Assembly: GCF_048593235.1 (NCBI RefSeq) | Contig: NC_133622.1 | Span: 238,235,198-238,299,197 of the forward strand | DNA from: Sminthopsis crassicaudata | Lineage: Eukaryota | DNA: 64,000 nt | Direction of reading: 5' to 3' | Part shown: positions 51,721 to 63,459 of the stretch, piece by piece | Layout: the number at the start of each line of letters is the position of its first letter | How positions within the stretch are numbered: position 1 is the first letter of the stretch | Notes under the pieces: model-generated | The model's input: only the letters and a program-made list of their open reading frames with translations | The model's database searches: none | What the model was told of the DNA's origin: nothing | Program-made: the position numbers and the translations under genes

Positions 51721-52278
51721 TGTAATGGGCTAGAACTCTGGAGAAATGTATTTGAAACAAGGATTCTTACAACAAGGTGTTAACTCAGTGGAATTGATGA
51801 GACAATGGTTATCTGCTTTATCATGATGATTAATAGTTCTCTCGTTCAGTATGATTGATTTAATCTTACAATAAATAATGTTTCTCTAGTGATATAATGA
51901 CTGGCTTATACTCAGTATGATGAATGGATTTAATTGTAATAGAGTATTTAAGAGTTCAAAATCAGACCTAGAAGAGGACTTGAAGAGACTCCAAGAAGAC
52001 AGAGGATTGGGTACTAGAACTCAAGCTCTGGGATTCAGAGAGATATTCCATCTTCATCAGCCTACTGGTGGCTGGCCCATACTACTTCATTTCTCCACTG
52101 AAATCAAGGCGTGCCTGAAGGCCTACAGAAAGCTAGCCAAGCCCCAGGTGAAGGAGACAGACTGTGAAGGAGATAATAAAGAGTTTTGGACTTTAGCTCT
52201 GGCTATTCTCATGATGATTTCTCTGCTGAGACCAAGGCTGGTCCGAAGGCCCTCCAGAAAGCAAACCAGAACATTACA
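51721..52278 (+). mobile_element. Solo LTR (558 bp) with 6-bp TSD, 194 bp after the OR4 stop
   Basis: TGTAATGGG...GAACATTACA. TSD GAGGTC at 51715-20 and 52279-84. AATAAA at 51870 and 52175. Confidence 0.95.
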
Positions 52279-54454
52279 GAGGTCCTACAAAGTAAGAGAT
52301 TCAAGGAGTCTGTGGTATCAAAAGTGATAAATTTAAGAGAATTTCTCCTAATAATAACCTTTGATAACTACATTTACTTGCAAAGTAGTTTAAAAGAGAT
52401 CATTTATAATTATTCTGAAACTCCAAGTTATTATTATTTTTTAAGATAATACAGGTTTATCTAGCTGATTAAAGTCAGTTAATTAGCTAGGAAAAAAAGC
52501 AGAATTTGATTTGAACAAACTTTCATCTCTCAACTCTCTCAAATCCCCATACTGATTTTTTTTTTTTTTTGTAGTCCATCCAAAATCTTTTTTGTTCATT
52601 AGTCCATTGTCAAGCAGAATCCTTTTCAGGAGCCTCAAGATGTCTCAACGTCTCTTCTAATCAAAGCAAATGTTTCTAGAGCTCTCTTTCTGCTTGCATA
52701 CTGGTTCTCTAATCAAAAACCATCTCATTTTATTTTAACAAGTTGATTTGAAGATATTTGCTACAGCTTACTGTAGAGATTTTAGAAGCTTGATGTTACA
52801 ATATTGATATTTGCATCTGTGGCTTATGGATTTCTGGCTTCCCCTCCTTATTTCTATCATGTCAAGAGGGAAGGAGAATGTGATAGCTTAAATAATGAAA
52901 GAAATTCATCTTAACTTATTTTACCAGTTGCCTTTGCTAAATATTATATTATGTTTATATCTTTAGGTATTATAATTGGTAAGGAATTTTATTATTTACA
53001 AAGACTATTTGCATATATTTTCTTATTTGATCAACATAGCAGACCATTCTATAAATTTAAAATTAAAGTACTTATCTAGTCTTACTATATACACAACTAA
53101 AGGGAAAGAAGGAATAATATTCTTCCCAGAGGCTCAAGAGCATTAAGTAGATGATAAGAGCTTAATTTCATAGATGATAAGTCCAACCTCTTGGTTTTTG
53201 TGGTTGTTGTTTGTTTGTTTTGCTCTTTTAACTAGTGAATACTGAAATATTTATTGGCATCTAAAGGTCACAAAAGTAATCTGAGGTGATTCTCAATTCA
53301 GAGCTTCTTAACTGCCTTATTCACTACATGCATTACATGCAACTCTCTCTACCTTCCTGAGGGTTGCAACAAATCATTGGTCATACTGGAAAAACAAAAA
53401 GATTCCTGACTGTTGGAACTGGAGTTATTCTCATCATGGCTACCAATAAAAGGAAAAAGTTGAATGGAAGTACCTATGTTACAAATGATTAGCTTGCTTT
53501 TAAAAAAAAATCATGTCTAAATGCATAGAAAAGAGGAGAATATATAAGTTGATATTCCTCTGAGCTCAAAATATCTGTACTGAATTTGTTTCCAAGTTAA
53601 GCCACATGTGTCCTTGATGAGCCTATAGTTAATATGGAAATCTGGGGATGAGAGGACCACCAGATTGTGTAAACTTAGGACCAGGATAAAAATTGAGGAG
53701 GTCAAAGATCCTATATGACTGAGTCCATGAATGGACTTATTCCAATTTCTGTGAGATAAGGAGACAGTCTCCAATAAGTAAATAAGCAAATAAACAAATA
53801 AATTAAGGAATTAATAAAATAAATGTATGAATTTATAAATAAATGGAATAATAATAAATGGATAAATAAATAAAACAGTTTTAGAAAATCAAATCCCTTT
53901 CATTTATGATTTCTTAACTACCACCAATACATACATCCCCCCCAATAAATACAACTAGCTATTAAAAAAAACAAACACATAATCCTGAACCACATTTTGC
54001 AGTGAATCATTTCATACATATATATGTATATATATACATATATATGTATATATATGTATACATATACATATATACTTTACTTTCAGTCTCCCTTACTCTA
54101 ATTCTTAGAATTTCACTCCATATCCTCCTTCCAGGAGTCACATATATAATGGATTTCAGATTCCACCTTTCTCAAGGAGTTTACATTTTGGTTTACAGGC
54201 TTCCTCTCTATTTGTATTACTGATTTCATACTTGGTAGCTTCATTAATATGTTAATTTATACTCTAAGAAACACTTTCTTCCCAATTCATTGGTCCACAC
54301 TGATGTCTTACAAGGTATACATGAACACCAACATCTTATTTATATATTTACCTCAATCATTTTATTCACTGAAAATTTCTATTCTGCTAACATTTTCCCA
54401 GCCTTCTAAGCTTGTACTTCAATTTTACTACAATCGAAGCTAGAAGTTCTTAAT

Positions 54455-54456
<2 letters not shown>

Positions 54457-54498
<42 letters not shown>
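54457..54498. repeat. (TG)n microsatellite
   Basis: Directly visible. Confidence 0.95.
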
Positions 54499-54499
<1 letters not shown>

Positions 54500-56500
54500 T
54501 GGACTATCTTTGCAAACTGATGAAACCCATGACCCTTTATCTTCAGAATAATATTCTAAAGACAAAAATAAAATATATAAGATTATGATAATATTTATCA
54601 AAATATTCAAGAAATGAGGTTGCAGACCTTATGCTAAGAACATATTTTCTTACTTTTAAATATCTATGTTCTCATAGTCCATCAATACTTTCCTGAACTT
54701 GTTTTCCTTCTTTAGAGTTTTGACTCTGTAGATATAGGTCATAATTGGAGAAATACCATTTATGAACTCTGAGAATTCTATTCCACAAACACTGTTAATA
54801 CCATTACATATTGTTAGTGCTGACAGATATATGGGGGGTTTTTTGTTTGTTTTTTTTGGTTTTTTTTAGTGCCAGAACAGGCTAAAGATATTACATATGT
54901 GGCTGTAACACAAAATGAACTAACTACTTGAAGCTTTGAAGAGGAAGAAGAGCAAGCCAAACAGATGCAAAGGTCTGTGATACCAGGGAGCTTTCTAGGC
55001 CATATTGAAGATATATTCAAAATTATCAATGAAAATTTCATTAGCACTCCACAACTCCTATATGAGATACTTCTTATTAGTGAAGCTACTGTTTTCATCC
55101 CCTTCTTTAATAGGACAAGAATAGTAATATATTAAATTTCTTTGTTAATTCAGTTCCAGATAATTACAAGATTAGAAATAAAAAGGTGTATTGGCACATA
55201 GGTATTGTGTCCTTTGATATATGTTTTTAATTCTACTTCATCTTATCTTACTTTTTACTAATCAAATTAACCTGTTTAACCATGTCCTTGAGCGTTAAGA
55301 AACTGACATAATTCACAGGGCCTTTTAGGAAGTGAGTGGAGTATGGATGAATGAAAAGTATAAAGATACTTGGCAGATGCTATTTAGTTTATGTGCATTA
55401 TAGCTACTGAAATTTACTATTAAAAATATTGCAATTTTAGTTTTATTCAAAAACTGTTTTCAACTTAAAAACTCTCTGAAAATGTCTCAGGAATCACCAG
55501 GGGTTTACCATAGTTTGAAAAGTTGGATGATTAAAATAATAAAAAGCAGTCACAAAAAGTAAGTCTTTATTCTAAAAAAGTCATGCCAGACCAATCTTAA
55601 TCTTATATAAATTTAAAAGATTTAGATTAATACAGATATATTGATTTAGAGAGATATGTACATAAATATATAATATCACTGTATAAATCAAGATGATAAT
55701 GAATATGTGTTTTACTAAGACATTTTTAGTATATTTGACAAAGGCTTTTATTCTATTATTGTGAACAGAATCAATAAGAAAATAAAGATAGTTTAGATGA
55801 TAATATAGACAAATGGATTTGAAACCTAATTAAACCAGACTCAAAAACTAATATTTTCATTTTAGGAGGAGGTCTTTGGGAATATTACTGAGTTGTATTA
55901 GTGTCCCTTTGATTTTCCACATTACCTTCCTTCCCACTTTCTACATTCCAAAATGGACCTTCTTACTACTCTTCACCTATAGCATCCCATCTTTTTCTTT
56001 CTTTCTTTCTTTTTTTTTTTTTTACAAAGTCTAAACCCAATGCCTGATGGACAACCTTTTCCAACCTTTTCCCCCTCCACCTAATAGAACCCTAACATTC
56101 TTTAAGATTTAGACAAAGTGCCATTCTTTACATGAAATGAGCCCTGATTTCCCATATATCTCCAAATTATAGGGCTGCTTCTAAAATTAGATCACGTTTG
56201 ATTTCTTTAGTTTGTGTGTACTTCTGAGTGTTATGTTGTTTTTTCCACCACAATACAATACAAGTTTTATAAGGACAAGAATAATTTAATGTTTGTATTT
56301 GTATCACAAAAGCATTGTCTATTAATAACTATTTACTAAGTACTATGCAAAATGCCTAGCACAGAGTAGGCACACACAAAACTAGTGTAACCAAGAAAGG
56401 CATCCATACACTAGTATTTCGTTCATGAAAAAAATTGATGCTTACCTTCTTTGTATAGACAGATATAGATATGTATATATTCAAAAATAAAGGGAATTCA

Positions 56501-56638
56501 GGGCAGCTATGTGGTGCAGTAGATAGAGGATCAGTCCTGATATTAGGAGGACATGAGTTCAAATTTGATCTCAGACACTTAACATTTCCTAGCTGTGTGA
56601 CCCTGGCCAAGTCACTTAACCTCAAATACCTCAGCAAA

Positions 56639-56703
<65 letters not shown>
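56501..56703 (+). mobile_element. tRNA-derived marsupial SINE (WSINE1-like) with a (TAA)21 tail
   Basis: GGGCAGCTATGTGGTGCAGTAGATAG (A box), GAGTTCAAAT (B box), GCTGTGTGACCCTGGCCAAGTCACTTAAC core, then TAA repeats at 56641-56703. Confidence 0.9.
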
Positions 56704-56704
<1 letters not shown>

Positions 56705-57009
56705 GGATAGCATGAAGGTTGTTCTATAGGTACTTTAAGTCTCTCTTATCTTCTTTATTATCCACTCATTATCTCCCTTAAACAAGCTTTATAAATATAA
56801 TTATATATCACCTAAGATGGAGCCCTTTATACACATTTCAAGAAATGTTATAGAAAAACTCCCAATGTAGACATCAGTTAGCAATTTCATTTTTAATATA
56901 TCCTGAAATTTTCCTTTCACCTTTCAATAAAATGGTATTTAAAATATACTTTCTCTTCCTCCCCCTCACACATAACTTTGAGTCTAGTAATTTTATTAGG
57001 AGTCCTTTA

Positions 57010-57936
57010 CTAGGTAAGCATAGTCTCCTTTTGACTGCATAATTTCCTGATGGCATTTTTCATTTGGTTATTTCTTAGTGTGTAGATTAAAGGGTTTAAC
57101 ATGGGGGTGATAATTGTGTAGAAAATCGCAACAGCTTTATCGATGGGAAAGGTTGTTGCAGGCCTCATATAGATAAAAATGCACGGGACAAAGAATAAGA
57201 CAACCACAGTGATGTGGGAACCACATGTGGAGAGGGCTTTGCGTCTCCCCTCCACACTGTGAGTCTTGAGAGAATTCAGGATGACAGCATAGGAGACCAT
57301 TAAGAGGAGGAAGTTTAAAAAACAGATGAAACCACTGTTGGCTGCAACAAAAAGGCCTAGGGTGTGAGTATCAGTGCAAGCAAGGTTCAGCAAAGGATTT
57401 AAGTCACACATAAAGTGATCTATGACATTGGGACCACAAAAGGGTAATGGGATCAGAAACAACATCTGTACAGTTGCATGGATTAAGCCTCCTATCCACA
57501 CCACACCCACCAAGAGATAACGCACACGCCAATTCATGATGCTCACATAGTGTAGGGGCTTGCAAATTGCCACATAGCGGTCATAGGCCATTACTGTAAG
57601 GAGAATGCCCTCTGCCCCTCCAAAGAAGTGTTCTCCAAAGACTTGGGTCATGCAACCATTGAAGTAAATGGTTTTCTTTTCATAGAGTGAGTCTGTAATG
57701 AGTTTAGGTGTGTTAACAGAAGAATAACAAGCATCTATAAAGGACAGATAGGCAAGAAAAAAGTACATGGGGGAATTCAAGGTTGGGCTGATGTTGATGG
57801 TTATGACAATGAGTGTGTTACCTACCATTGTAATACCATAGATGATAAAAAAGACAACAAAAATTATTTTCTGCATCTTCGAATTCTCTGTAAGTCCCAA
57901 TAAGATAAATTCAGTCACATTATTTCCATTATCCAT
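57010..57936 (-). CDS. OR4C46-like: OR5: olfactory receptor 4C46/4C13-like, intact, 308 aa, convergent with OR4
   Basis: Complete [50 protein letters not shown] and [11 protein letters not shown] match recalled human OR4C46/OR4C13. Confidence 0.95.
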   Translation of the reverse strand: MDNGNNVTEFILLGLTENSKMQKIIFVVFFIIYGITMVGNTLIVITINISPTLNSPMYFFLAYLSFIDACYSSVNTPKLITDSLYEKKTIYFNGCMTQVFGEHFFGGAEGILLTVMAYDRYVAICKPLHYVSIMNWRVRYLLVGVVWIGGLIHATVQMLFLIPLPFCGPNVIDHFMCDLNPLLNLACTDTHTLGLFVAANSGFICFLNFLLLMVSYAVILNSLKTHSVEGRRKALSTCGSHITVVVLFFVPCIFIYMRPATTFPIDKAVAIFYTIITPMLNPLIYTLRNNQMKNAIRKLCSQKETMLT

Positions 57937-58124
57937 TTATTCCATATGGCTCTTGAATTCAGGCAAGAATTTCTTATCTGTAAAAAAGGAAAATTTTTCA
58001 GTAAGGAAACCTTCTGTTTGTTTTTTTTTTTTTTTAATTTACTCTGTTCTAGGAAGGTCATGTGGAGAGAGGTTGAATTTGGAATCTAAGAAGACTACAT
58101 TTATATCTCAAATATCCCTGACAT

Positions 58125-58692
58125 TCCAACAGGAAGAATACAGAGAGGCTTGGAGAGACTTAAATCAACTGATGCTGAGTGAAAGGAGCAGAACTAGGAG
58201 ATCATTATACACTTCAACAATGATACTGTATGAGGATGTATTCTGATGGAAGCGGATATCTTCAACATAGAGAAGAGCTAATCAAATTCCAATTGATCAA
58301 TGATGGACAGAATCAGCTATACCCAGAAAAGGAACTCTGGGAAATGAATGTAAACTGTGAGCATTGTTTTTTGTTTTTCTTCCCAGATTATTTTTACCTT
58401 CCAAATACAATTCTTGCTTTGCAATTACAACAACAAAATTCGGTTCTGCACATATATATTGTACCTAGGATATACTATAAGATATTGAATATGTATGGGA
58501 ATGCCTGCCATCTAGGGGAGGGGGTGGAGGGAAGGAGGGGAAAAATTCAGAACAGAAGGGAATACAAGAGATAATGTAAAAAAAAAATTACCTATGCATA
58601 TGTACTGTCAAAAAAGTTATAATTATAAAAATTAATTTAAAAATAAAAAATATATCAAAATCTAAAAAAAATTTTTTTTTAAATTAAAAAAT
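58125..58692 (+). mobile_element. Young 5'-truncated L1 3' end in the presumptive OR5 intron (antisense to OR5)
   Basis: GAATACAGAGAGGCTTGGAGAGACTT...3' UTR...A tail. Approximate TSD (A)TCCCTG(A/T)CATT on both sides (about 58114-58125 and 58696-58707). Confidence 0.9.
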
Positions 58693-59601
58693 TAAATCCC
58701 TGTCATTAAGCAAATTTGAAGTAGGCAGTTTATACCATGAGTCCCTATGGCCTTATAATTAACATGGCTTAGAGATGAGAAAAAAAAATCTGAATTTAAG
58801 AGAACCTGGGTTCAAATTATTCTCAGATGTTTATTACTAATAATAGTTATACAACCCAGCATTTATGTAATACTTATAAAATTTTGCACTTTTAATTGTT
58901 TTGAAAATTGATTTATATATAATTCCTTATTTCATTCCCACAACCCTTTGGGATAGATGCTATTCTGCTATTTTTAAAGATAAGGTAATTGAAGATAGGA
59001 CAGTTTCAGTTATTTTCCCAGAGTAACATATGTAATAAGTTTCTAAGTTTGAATTTGAATTCATATATTTTGAATTTGAAGCCCATCATTCTATTCTCTC
59101 AATTACCTAGTTTTATAATTCTGGCCATGTAGCTCTTTGTCTCCTTTTCTTTTTCTAAATATATGGGTATATAGGAGTAAAGCTCTATGCTCTCTTCTAG
59201 TTGCAAATCTATGATCTTAATATATGATTATATACATTTCCTCACTGAGCCATTAAAACATTCTATTTTAACAACGTTAAATTCAACGTAATCATCTAAT
59301 CATAATTCAAAACATTCCATCAAATCTCTCTTGCTATTTAAAAAGACAGGATAGAGTGATGCGAATTAGGTGATACTATATTTGGATAGTTTAGAAATGT
59401 GTTGAATATTGAGACACAAATCATGAACACGGATAATTCAATGTATGCTTAGAATGAGGTATCCATGAAGAATCCTTAGGTTTTTGTCATTTTTTTTGTC
59501 ATATTTTTGTCATTGACTTAGTTAAAGATATATTGGACTTTTAAAATCAATTTGTAAATGGCACAACCTAGAATGGATAGATAAGACCACTATCACAAGA
59601 A

Positions 59602-60135
59602 ATTTTATTTTTGATTAATTATTTTTAATGCACATTGCTTTTTGAAGTATGTTGGGGGAAAAAATCAAAACAAAAGGGAAAAATAATGGGAAATTAAAAA
59701 AAAAAAAACAGAAAAAAGAAGTGAACATATCATATGTTGATTTACATTTGAGTTTCCATAGTTCTTTTTCTGGATGCAAATAGAATTTTCCATCCAAAGT
59801 CTATTAGAATTGTTTTGGATCACTGAACCACAGAAAGAACCGCATTTTTCATAGTTGATCATTGCACATTTTTGTTGTTATTATGTACAATGTATTCCTG
59901 CTTCTGTTTTTCTCCACATTAGTTCATGTAAATATTTCCAAGTTTTTTCTAAAATCATCTTATCATTTCTATAGAACAATAATATTATATTATTCTATAA
60001 TTCCCCAAATTTTGAACATCTAATCATTTTCAAGTTCCTTGCTACCACTAAAAGCAGCCACAATAATCATTTTTCCATATGTGTTTCCTCTTCCCTCTTT
60101 TATGATCTCTTTGGGATACAGACCTAGCAATGGCA
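59602..60135 (-). mobile_element. Older L1 3' end, antisense
   Basis: GTTCTTTTTCTGGATG...CATAGTTGATCATTGCAC...TTAGTTCATGTAAAT is reverse-complement L1 3' sequence. Confidence 0.65.
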
Positions 60136-60959
60136 TTTTTTTCCTTATTATCTAGTATTATCTGAAATGATTGTTGAGATTTTCTTTTCTTTCAGGTTAA
60201 TGGATGAAGAGACATGATATAGAACTTTTTCACTGACATAACCAGAACCCTCTTCCTCTGCTATTATCTACCATCTGACTGTCCTTATATCACATTTGCT
60301 TTCCCTGTATCAATATATATGTGTCTGTTTCTCTGTCGGTGTGTGTGAGTGGGTGTAGGTGGGTGGGTGGGGGTGGGTGCATACGTGTGTATACTCAGCA
60401 ATGTCTATATTATCTAGTATAATTGTAACTTTATATTTATCCCTACCAAGGTACTTCTTGATGTAACAAGCTTTCTGCTACATTACATTCAGTTATTCCT
60501 CTAGGAGTTAAGCACCTGGTTACCACCCTTTCTCTCCATCTTCAAACATAAATATATTTACTTTATCTTTAATATACTTCTATACCAATTTATTATCCTT
60601 CTCAAAACAGTCAAAAATCAATAAATATTTGTTAAGCATAAAGGGAACTTTGCACTGGGAACCTCTCCTAATCTATAGGATTATTACACTTCAAAGATCC
60701 AAAAGATGGCTCATAGTTTCAACTTTATCCTTATCTAACAAGGCTACCTCAATGATTTTGAGATTTACATTTCCCTTAACTTATGTGAAGTTCCCCAAAC
60801 TCTCTTTTTCAGTCCCACTTCTCCAAACCTATTGTATAAACTCTCTAAAAAAATCCAGTCACTTCATTTTCTCTGTCCTTCCAATTCATCACATCTGTTC
60901 TGTCCATAATTTAACTCTTTTGAGTAGAAATTCTTTCCTCTCACATAATCTCTTCTTCA

Positions 60960-61102
60960 GGGCAGCTAGGTGGCACAGTGGATAGAGCACCAGCTCTGAA
61001 TTCAGGAGGACCCCAGTTCAAATGTGGTCTCAGACATTTAACACTTCCTAGTTGTGTGACCTTGGGCAAGTCACTTAACCCCAGCCTGGGGGGGGGGGGA
61101 TA
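60960..61102 (+). mobile_element. WSINE1-like SINE with G12 3' run and 13-bp TSD
   Basis: A box TGGCACAGTGG, B box GTTCAAAT, core sequence. TSD ATAATCTCTTCTT at 60945-57 and 61103-15. Confidence 0.92.
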
Positions 61103-61329
61103 ATAATCTCTTCTTGGAGCTTCAATGTTAGTGTTATTTCCTAATTCTGTGTTGTTGTTGTTGTTGTTGTTGTTTTTTTGTTTGTTTTTTTTTTTTTTTA
61201 GCTGTTCTTCCTTTGTCTCTTTTGCTGTCCTTCAACTTAAATCTTCTCTTCTCTTTATAGTCTTACCTTTGTTAATATCTCCTTTAAGAGATTCAAATGC
61301 CATGTATACATGGATAGCTCTAAAATATG

Positions 61330-61800
61330 TAAATTCAAACCAATCATTTTTTCCAGCACTTTCATCCTGAAATTGTCTGTTTAACACTTCATCCTACATG
61401 TATGTAGGCTTACTGAGCTCTAAATTTTAAAAGGAAACTATCATTTTATAGTCCAACCCTGCCCTTTCTTGAAATTCCATAGCTTTGAGATTAACTTGTT
61501 TCTAGTCTCTGAAGTCTGTGATCTCAGAATGACTCCTGAATCTTCCCATTCTCACATTTGCTACATGTAGTTAGTTGCCAATTCATGTCAGTTTTATCTA
61601 CAGAATATCTCTACACTTTATCCCCTTTCATCCACTTAGAGAGTACATTTTAGCATTTTTCACTTACATGATTTGAATAACTTCTAAATTCATATTACAA
61701 TAAATCCTACAAATAATTATTGAGAAATCGTATCCGTTATAATTATTTACCCCTTCTCATTCTCCACATTCTCAAATTCTTAAGGATTCTTGTTGACCAC
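61330..61800 (+). mobile_element. L2 LINE remnant
   Basis: TTAGTTGCCAATTCATGTCAGTTTTATCTACAGAATATCTCT resembles the recalled L2 consensus. Confidence 0.5.
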
Positions 61801-62720
61801 TGAAAAATCAATCACTAGAGTTTTTTGTTCATTAGTTTTCCTCTTGGTTTCATCAAAGTCAAAAATGTGAAAAGGAAAGAGAGTTTGAAGATCAAAAATA
61901 CATCTCAATCACTACTCAGAGGAGAAAACTGTAACATCTCCCAGGTCTTAATTTATTTTTATTATGCCTCTATTTTTTTTTTATTCCAGATTCTGTCTTT
62001 GCTTCTCTGTTTCCCTTTAATTTTTTAAAAGTATCTCTGTTTATTTTCAGGAGAATCTTAAAGTTATAACCCTAATACTGTAGTCTATGACTACAAATTT
62101 AAAAAACAAAAAAAACATAATGTCAAGGGCAGAAAAGTAGTTTTTTTCAATATTTAAATTGAAAATTATACCTCAACCCTTTCCTCTAGATTCTGAGATG
62201 GAAAGTGCAGCTTCAATTCACATAGTTACCTAACCTTCCAGTGTTATATCTAGTGGCTTATATTTTGTTATGACTTACTGTGATATATATTTAACAAATA
62301 TTTTAAATTTTGGATGATTTCAATTTAAAATTACTCCTTAGATCATTATGGCCTTGTGGGAGAGTTAGAAGATAGGTCTTGAAATTTCTGCATCTGCCTT
62401 TGTTTTATTTATATTCTCTTTGCTTCTTAGTTCCTTTTCTTAATAAATGTTTCATTTGTATGCTAATTTAGACCAACTGGTTTACTAAGAACTTTTTTTC
62501 CTCAAATATACCCAAGTGTTGACCCTTGTAAATTCTATTATTTTCATTTTACAGAGGAAGAAACTGAAACTCAAAAGGTAAAAAGTCAGAAACTGGATCA
62601 AAAATGAAATAGTCTGAAACTGCAATTTGTTTTGTTGCTTTTTTTAATTCCATATTTACCTTATTCACTTCTAATCTTGTTTTAAGAATTAAATGTTGTT
62701 CTATGTGATGTGAGATATAA

Positions 62721-63459
62721 TGTCAGATTTGGTACCAAGTGATTGCAGGCACTAAAAGCTGGGGTTCAGTGAAGTGAAGAATTTGCAATGGACATTTTCT
62801 TGGGCAAAAGGTAGATTTATTTAGAGGAATGGGTTACAGACAATAGACACTGGGGAGGGTAAATATGAAATAGATTGGGGGAGCATATAAAAGGCAAGTT
62901 CCCTAGTGAATTCATAATTACCTAGTAGAAAGGGAACACCCCATAAAGTTGGGTTATACCCTTAGCTGGTTATATCCTTACTGTGAAAGTCCTGAAAGGG
63001 ACTTAGCACCCTAAAAAAAATTAGTTAGCTGTAAGCTGTTGGGAAGCATAGTGGAGTTGGAGCAGAGACTGTCTGACATGGAGGAAGAAAAAGGGGAAAA
63101 ATACTAGGGGGTAGAGTGCCTATCATGGCAGACAGACCCAAAGAAAGGCAGTAGTCTTGGGATGGCCCATAAGTATATTTTAAAGGTAAAATTTAACCTC
63201 AGGGACATTACTACTATTCCTGACAGAACATGGCAAGGTAAGACTACTCAAGACTTCCACAGAGGATAGGTCTCAGGAGTTTGACATTACTTGGATTTTT
63301 GAATAGACTACTTGCCCAAAGGGTGGGACTAAGATGCTAAACTTATAACTGATAACTATCAGAACCTTCTGCCTGCTTGCTTCAAGGATCAGCTTTTTAG
63401 TTTTTCTTGGTCTAAAACACCATTCAGGACCTCATTGCTGTAGATTAAATTTCTTTGAC
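62721..63459 (-). mobile_element. Probable older solo LTR
   Basis: GC-richer 740 bp starting TGTCAGA and ending TTTGAC, flanked by TATAA at 62716-20 and 63460-64. TTTATT at 62816-21. Confidence 0.5.

Noticed and set aside
51917-52327. 136-aa ORF downstream of OR4
   Set aside because: Lies within the solo LTR and crosses its TSD; no recognisable motif.
56501-56580. tRNA gene suggested by A and B boxes (also at 60960)
   Set aside because: The boxes belong to tRNA-derived SINEs with core sequence, tails and a TSD; no cloverleaf.
57842-58574. Plus-strand ORFs of 134 and 114 aa
   Set aside because: Antisense to the OR5 start and running into the L1 3' UTR; chance frames.
60180-60200. Strong plus-strand acceptor TTTTCTTTTCTTTCAG
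   Set aside because: No downstream ORF or donor that I can support; such tracts are common in AT-rich DNA.
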